From contig JAYOTF010000019.1 in the NCBI GenBank assembly GCA_038150265.1, positions 1 to 63,794 of the forward strand: 63,794 nt of DNA, in the 5' to 3' direction. Of this stretch, positions 58,232-63,794 are shown piece by piece. Below the pieces are notes generated by a model. That model was not told the origin of the DNA. It saw only the letters and a program-made list of their open reading frames with translations, and searched no databases. The DNA is from Deltaproteobacteria bacterium. GTDB lineage: Bacteria; SAR324; NAC60-12. Made by a program: the position numbers and the translations under genes. Each line of letters begins with the position of its first letter. Positions within the stretch are counted from its first letter, which is position 1.

Positions 58232-59947
58232 ATGGCAAAAGAGCGGATGAGTCCCAGCGAGGCGCTGGTCGAAACCCTGGTCGCCGAGGGCGTGGATACA
58301 GTATTTGGCATTGTGGGTTCAGCCTTCATGGATGCCCTGGACATTTTCCCACAGGCCGGGATTCGGTTTGTTCCGGTGGCGCATGAGCAGGCAGCCGGAC
58401 ACGCGGCAGACGGCATGGCACGGGTGACGGGAAGGCCGCAGGCCTGCATCGCGCAGAATGGTCCGGGCATTGCGAACTTTGTTTCGGCGATGGCCGCCGC
58501 GTACTGGGCGCACTCTCCGGTGGTGTGCATCACCCCGGAAACGGGCACCATGGGCATTGGGCACGGTGGCTTTCAGGAGCTGGAGCAGCTGCCGATGTTT
58601 GAGAAGCAGACGGTGTTTCAGGCCCACGTCAACCGCTACGAACGCATGGCCGAGATGGCCCGCCAGTGCTTCTACCGGGCGAAGACCGACATGGGACCGA
58701 CCCAGCTGAACATTCCGCGGGACCTCTTTTACGGTGAGGCCGATTATGAGGTCTACCCCTCTCCGGATGTTTCACAAGGCGCGGGCTCCCGGGCCAACCT
58801 GGAGGAAGCCGCAAAGATGATTGCGGCCGCAAAGAACCCCGTCATCCTGGCCGGAGGAGGCGTCTCGCAGGCGAACGCCCTCGAGGAAGTCAAGGCCCTC
58901 GCAGAGTACATGACCCTGCCGGTGATCAACACCTACCTCCACAACGACTCCTTCCCCTACCAGCACCCGCTGGCGTTGGGGCCGATTGGCTACTGTGGCT
59001 CCAAGGCCGCCATGCGGACCATTGCCCAGGCGGATGTGGTGATCTGCCTCGGAACGCGGCTGGGGCCGTTCGGGACGTTGCCGCAGTATGACATGGAGTA
59101 CTGGCCGGCTCATGCGAAGCTGATTCAGGTGGATGCGAACCACAAGGTGCTCGGCCTGACCCGTCGCGTGGACCTCGCCTGCCTGGCGGATGTGAAGGAA
59201 TTCACCGGCGCCCTGCTGAACGAGCTGCGGGCCCTCAAGCCCGGGCTGGAGCCGAATCCGGAAGTGATGGAAGCCGTCAGCCGGGAAAAGCAGATCTGGG
59301 AAGACGAGAAGGAGCAGTGGTCGACTTCGACCAACAAGCTGATGCACCCCCGCCGCTTCCTGCGTGAGCTGTCGGCTGCCATTCCGGAAGGCTCCATCAT
59401 CAGCACGGACATTGGCAACAACTGCTCCATGTCCAACAGCTACTTCACCTTCACGGAAAACCGCCAGTTCCTGGCGGCTCTGAGCTGGGGGAACTGTGGC
59501 TTTGCCTATGGGGCGGCTCTGGGCGCAAAGATGGGGCGTCCGGACAAGCCGGTGTTTGCCTTCCAGGGAGACGGCGCCTGGGGCATCAGTGGCCTCTCCG
59601 AGGTGATGACGGCGGTCCGGGAGGACATTCCCGTGATTGCCGTGGTGGCCAACAACATGGAGTGGGGAGCCGAGAAGAAGAACCAGGTGGACTTCTACGG
59701 CGACCGCTACGTGGGCACGAACCTCCGGACCAACCCGAACTACGCCCAGCTGGCAAAAGACATGGGCGCCCTCGGCTTCCGGGTGGAAGACTACAACGAC
59801 GTCCAGGACGTGGTGCAAGAGGCCATTGCCTCCGGAAAGCCCTGCGTCATTGAAGGCGTCATCGAAGGAGGCGCCAATGTGCTGGCAGAGCCCTTCCGTC
59901 GAGACGCCCTCAAGGTGCCTGTCCGCTTGTTGCAGAAGTACCAGTAA
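58232..59947 (+). CDS. xsc: Sulfoacetaldehyde acetyltransferase
   Basis: MSPSEA, GSAFMD, QNGPG, AAYWAH, GGFQE, GDGAWG (TPP), WGAEKKNQ, EPFRRDA. Confidence 0.92.
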   Translation: MAKERMSPSEALVETLVAEGVDTVFGIVGSAFMDALDIFPQAGIRFVPVAHEQAAGHAADGMARVTGRPQACIAQNGPGIANFVSAMAAAYWAHSPVVCITPETGTMGIGHGGFQELEQLPMFEKQTVFQAHVNRYERMAEMARQCFYRAKTDMGPTQLNIPRDLFYGEADYEVYPSPDVSQGAGSRANLEEAAKMIAAAKNPVILAGGGVSQANALEEVKALAEYMTLPVINTYLHNDSFPYQHPLALGPIGYCGSKAAMRTIAQADVVICLGTRLGPFGTLPQYDMEYWPAHAKLIQVDANHKVLGLTRRVDLACLADVKEFTGALLNELRALKPGLEPNPEVMEAVSREKQIWEDEKEQWSTSTNKLMHPRRFLRELSAAIPEGSIISTDIGNNCSMSNSYFTFTENRQFLAALSWGNCGFAYGAALGAKMGRPDKPVFAFQGDGAWGISGLSEVMTAVREDIPVIAVVANNMEWGAEKKNQVDFYGDRYVGTNLRTNPNYAQLAKDMGALGFRVEDYNDVQDVVQEAIASGKPCVIEGVIEGGANVLAEPFRRDALKVPVRLLQKYQ

Positions 59948-60059
59948 CTCCAGGTCCTCCGGGAGGCTTCGGCCTCTCGGGTTCCGGGATCCCGCATTTC
60001 TCCAGGTCCCCAAGAGACGTCCGTCTCTTTACTTTCCGTGCATTTGACGAGGATTTCCC

Positions 60060-61409
60060 ATGAGCTTGACCCCCGACTCCCTCTGGCGTCCCATGACGCA
60101 GCATCAACTCTTTCAGGACAAACCGGCTCACAAGATGGTAACGGCGAAGGGCTGTTACATCACGGACCAGGATGGCAAGACCTACCTTGACGGCCTGGCG
60201 GGGCTGTGGTGCGTCAACGTGGGGTACGGACGGAGCGAATTGGCGGAAGTGGCCAAGGAGCAAATGGAGACCATGGCGTACCTGGCTCCGGTGATGACGC
60301 ACAGTCCCGCCGTGGACCTGGCCAACAAGCTCAAGACGATGCTGGGGCTGGAAGGACACGTGTACTTCTCCAGCAGCGGCTCTGAGGCCAACGAGGTGGC
60401 GTTCAAGATTGCCCGGCAGTACCACCTGCAGTCCGGCAACCCCGGGAGCGAGCGGCGCTACAAGATCATCTCCCGGCACCGCGCGTACCACGGCAACACC
60501 ATGGGTTCCATGGCTGCAACCGGGCAGGCGGAACGGAAGATGGGGTACGACCCGATGCCTCCGGGCTTTTTGCACATCATGCCACCCTACCCCTACCGCG
60601 CCCACCCGAAGCTGACCGCTGAGGAGCATGGCGAGGAGTGTGCCCGGATGCTGGAGGAAACGATCATCCACGAAGGCGCCGAGACCGTGGCCGCCTTCAT
60701 CATGGAGCCGATGATCTCCGGCGGAGGCATCCTTGTGCCGCCCGACAACTACATCCCGCGTGTGCGGGAGATCTGCGACCGCTATGGCGTCCTCCTCATC
60801 TTTGATGAAGTGGTGTCCGGATTCGGCCGGACGGGCAAGATGTTTGGGCATCAGAACTGGAACACCTATGCCGACATCTTCAGCTTTGCCAAGGGCATCT
60901 CCAGTGGCTACATGCCTCTGGCTGCCACGATGGTGCAGGAGCGCATCTTCGAGAAGTTTTATGGCGACCCCTCCGGACTGAGTCACTTCCGGCAGATCAA
61001 CACCTACGGGGGGCACCCGGTTTCCACGGCGGTGGGCCTGCGCAACATTGAAATCATTGAGCGCGAAGAGCTTCCGGAGAATGCCCGCAAGATGGGAGCG
61101 TACACGATGAACCTGCTGCGAGACTCGCTGGGCGCTCACCCGTGGGTGGGCGAGATCCGGGGCAAGGGCCTGCTGATGGGCATTGAGCTGGTGGAAGACC
61201 GCGAGACCAAGGTCCCGCTTTCCGGAGCCAAGGTCGGGGGCATCATCTCCCACTGCCAGCAAAACGGGGTCCTGGTGGGACGCAACGGCAACACGGTTCC
61301 GGGGCGCAGCAACGTCGTCATCATGGCGCCACCGCTGGTGCTGGAGACGAAGGATGCCGACCGGCTGGTGGAAACCCTGCAGGCAGCGCTCAATCAGGCG
61401 CTGAACTGA
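60060..61409 (+). CDS. tpa: Class III aminotransferase, probable taurine--pyruvate aminotransferase
   Basis: GLWCVNVGYGR, SGSEANE, DEVVSGFGRTG, AKG. Located between xsc and ald. Confidence 0.8.
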   Translation: MSLTPDSLWRPMTQHQLFQDKPAHKMVTAKGCYITDQDGKTYLDGLAGLWCVNVGYGRSELAEVAKEQMETMAYLAPVMTHSPAVDLANKLKTMLGLEGHVYFSSSGSEANEVAFKIARQYHLQSGNPGSERRYKIISRHRAYHGNTMGSMAATGQAERKMGYDPMPPGFLHIMPPYPYRAHPKLTAEEHGEECARMLEETIIHEGAETVAAFIMEPMISGGGILVPPDNYIPRVREICDRYGVLLIFDEVVSGFGRTGKMFGHQNWNTYADIFSFAKGISSGYMPLAATMVQERIFEKFYGDPSGLSHFRQINTYGGHPVSTAVGLRNIEIIEREELPENARKMGAYTMNLLRDSLGAHPWVGEIRGKGLLMGIELVEDRETKVPLSGAKVGGIISHCQQNGVLVGRNGNTVPGRSNVVIMAPPLVLETKDADRLVETLQAALNQALN

Positions 61410-61639
61410 ACCCGGGGCCTCGGCCCCCTCAAAGAAAAGCCTGCTGCCCTTTCTGGAAGGATGCAGAAAAACATTTGGCAGAATGTCCTTCCCTGCAGGC
61501 TTTTTCCTGTATTTCCCTGCAACCGGATGGGGGACCGGTGGAAGGGTTGATTGTCTGAAGGTCTCCCCCCAAAATAGTCCTATTTCCCTAGCTCGTTGCC
61601 CGCGACTGAGCTGATTGTCTTTTTCACAAGAGAGAGCCC

Positions 61640-62752
61640 ATGCGCATCGGAGTCCCCAAAGAAATCAAAACCCTTGAGAACCGGGTCGGCATGACCCCCG
61701 CTGGCGTCGCCGAATTGGTGAAGCACGGTCACTCTGTCCAAGTTGAAACACAGGCCGGTGTGGGCAGTGGGTTTCCCGATGCTGACTATGAAGCCGCTGG
61801 TGCCACCCTGGTGGGCACCGCCAAGGAGGCCTGGGCCAATGAGATGGTGGTGAAGGTCAAGGAGCCGCTTCAGGAGGAGTTTGCCTACTTCCGGGACGAC
61901 CTGTTGCTGTACACCTACCTGCACCTCGCGGCGGAAGGTGCCCTGACGCAGGCGTTGGTGGAGGCAAAAGTCACGGCTGTGGCCTATGAAACCGTGCAAC
62001 TGCCCGACCGGAGCCTCCCGCTGCTGACCCCGATGAGTGAGGTCGCTGGCCGGATGGCGGTGCAGATCGGGGCACGTTTTCTGGAAAAGCCGCAGGGGGG
62101 GAAGGGTGTGCTGCTGGGAGGCGTTCCGGGCGTGCGACCGGCAAAGGTTTCCGTGCTGGGCGGAGGCGTCGTGGGCATCAACTCCGCGAAAATGGCAGTG
62201 GGCCTCGGTGCCGAGGTGACGATTCTGGACATCAGCGCCGACCGGCTGCGCTACCTCGATGACGTCTTCATGGGGCGCGTCAAGACCGTCATGTCCAACA
62301 GCCACAACATTGCTGAAGCCGTGGCTGAATGTGACCTGCTCGTGGGCGGGGTTCTGATTCCGGGAACCAAGGCGCCGCACCTGGTGACGGAAGCCATGGT
62401 GCAGGCGATGCAACCCGGATCCGTGATCGTGGACGTGGCCATTGACCAAGGGGGCTGCATTGAGACCATTGACCGGGTGACCTACCACGACAATCCGACC
62501 TACGAAAAGCATGGGGTGGTGCACTACTCGGTCGGCAACATGCCGGGCGCGGTGCCCCGGACCTCGACGCTGGCGCTGACGAACGTCACCCTGCCGTACG
62601 CGGTGCAGCTCGCCAACCACGGCTGGAAGGCGGCTTGCCAGGCCGACAAGGCCCTTGAGCTGGGCCTCAACACCCATGCCGGTAACGTCACCTGTGAGGG
62701 CGTGGCCACCTCCCTCGGGTACGACTACACCCCCGCTCAGTCCTTCCTCTAA
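61640..62752 (+). CDS. ald: Alanine dehydrogenase
   Basis: [39 protein letters not shown]. Confidence 0.96.
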   Translation: MRIGVPKEIKTLENRVGMTPAGVAELVKHGHSVQVETQAGVGSGFPDADYEAAGATLVGTAKEAWANEMVVKVKEPLQEEFAYFRDDLLLYTYLHLAAEGALTQALVEAKVTAVAYETVQLPDRSLPLLTPMSEVAGRMAVQIGARFLEKPQGGKGVLLGGVPGVRPAKVSVLGGGVVGINSAKMAVGLGAEVTILDISADRLRYLDDVFMGRVKTVMSNSHNIAEAVAECDLLVGGVLIPGTKAPHLVTEAMVQAMQPGSVIVDVAIDQGGCIETIDRVTYHDNPTYEKHGVVHYSVGNMPGAVPRTSTLALTNVTLPYAVQLANHGWKAACQADKALELGLNTHAGNVTCEGVATSLGYDYTPAQSFL

Positions 62753-62793
62753 GCCACTCGGCCAACGGTTCTCCTGGCAGGCTCCGAGCCTGC

Positions 62794-63793
62794 TCAGGGA
62801 CCGTGCAGCTGCCGAACCTCTTCTGCCGAGAGGGCTCGGTTGTAGATCCGGACCTCGTCCAGCGTTCCCTTAAAGGGCGAGTTGCCCCCATTGCTTCCAT
62901 TTCCAAGGTACCAGTCGGTGCCAATGTTCACTTCTCCGTCCCAGACCTTGACGTCCAGCAGCTCCCCATTGACGTACAGCGACAGCGTCTGCGCGTTGGT
63001 ATCGGCCACACCGACAATGTGGTTGTACACGAGCGGATCCGATTCTCCGGAGTAGGCCGATTCGCTGCCAGCGCCCTGGTTGCCTGCCGTAAACCAGAGG
63101 TTGTTGCCTCCGTCCTCCTCATCGTAGCGATGGTACTGGATGGAGGTTTCGTAATTGTCGCTTCTCAGCAGCGTGTCTGAGGCATAGTACCCCCCTGAGT
63201 GTTCATTCGGAAAGGATGAGGTGTCTTCCAACCGAGCGGTAAGGGCCACCGTGAAGGACGCATCATCGTCCAAAACAGATCCCATGTTCTGAAGGGTGAG
63301 GGAGTCATTGTCAAAGGCGTAGGCGGCATTGGCCACCTGGTCGCGGTCAGCAGCCTGGGTCGGTGACGTGTTGAATTCATCAATCACCGAGACAACGTTG
63401 GAGTCAATCACATTGCCGAAGGTGTCGGCGTTGATGTCTGTCAAGCCCAGCGTGAACGGCAGATAAACAACCAGTCCTTCGCAGATCCGCGAGCAGAACC
63501 CCGTCGTTTTCCTCATGGGAGGCGTGGTGGATTCCGGATTGCCGCGATAGAGCTGCTGCACCTCACTGCTGCTTAAGGCCCGGTTGTACATCCGGATCTC
63601 ATCAATGACGCCTTCAAAGGTCCGCTCTGGCTCACTGGGGTTGAGGGAGCCGATGATCCACTGCTTGAGGGCCTGCTGGGGGTCCGGATTGCCATCATCG
63701 TCCCACTCTCGGACCGTGATCTCCCCAACCGGCGGCCTCCCCGTTGAGGTAGATCCGGGTGGTCCGTTCGTCGTGATTCACGACCCCAACGAC
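62794..63793 (-). CDS. LamG-like (concanavalin A-like) repeat protein, 5'-truncated by the window edge, with an apparent frameshift near 63730
   Basis: Two LamG C-terminal signatures (FEGVIDEIRMYNRALS, FKGTLDEVRIYNRALS), HIVGV..LYVNG. Confidence 0.75.
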
Positions 63794-63794
63794 G

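Noticed and set aside
60060..61409. Calling the aminotransferase doeD
   Set aside because: Its position between xsc and ald favours taurine--pyruvate aminotransferase.
58772..62677. Long minus-strand ORFs of 413, 450 and 365 aa
   Set aside because: Antisense shadows of xsc, tpa and ald.
1..63794. CRISPR array, tRNA, rRNA, IS element or prophage
   Set aside because: I saw no spaced direct repeats, cloverleaf signatures, transposase, integrase or phage genes. TCCGGA sites are irregularly spaced with unrelated flanks, so they are neither an array nor REP elements.

Overview
A GC-rich (roughly 60%) bacterial chromosomal segment, densely coding and mostly on the + strand. Gene content is consistent with a deltaproteobacterial lineage such as SAR324; this is inference from gene content only. 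Housekeeping genes: tsaD, ddl, trmL, rho-rpmE-prfA, pgsA, hemA-hemC, folD, ygfZ, rfbB, rfbD, galU, mgsA. Four catabolic or uptake modules are interspersed. (1) A periplasmic rhodanese, a YeeE/YedE transporter and an unannotated 57-aa membrane protein. (2) A sugar/polyol ABC transporter with an SDR, split transketolase, FGGY kinase and SorC-type regulator; the substrate is unknown and a clear operator pair lies upstream. (3) An ectoine/hydroxyectoine uptake and degradation operon, ehuABCD-eutABCDE. (4) A taurine desulfonation cluster, xsc-tpa-ald, with divergent IclR-ackA. I found no rRNA, tRNA, CRISPR array or mobile element. The strongest signal not explained by the genes is a window-wide excess of the palindrome TCCGGA, about one per 350-400 bp by manual count over the first 20 kb and present in all reading frames, resembling cyanobacterial HIP1. 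Also notable: a dif-like site with a 5-bp spacer, a PilD fragment containing only the Zn-binding domain, a POTRA-less Omp85-like protein, and a frameshift in the terminal LamG gene.
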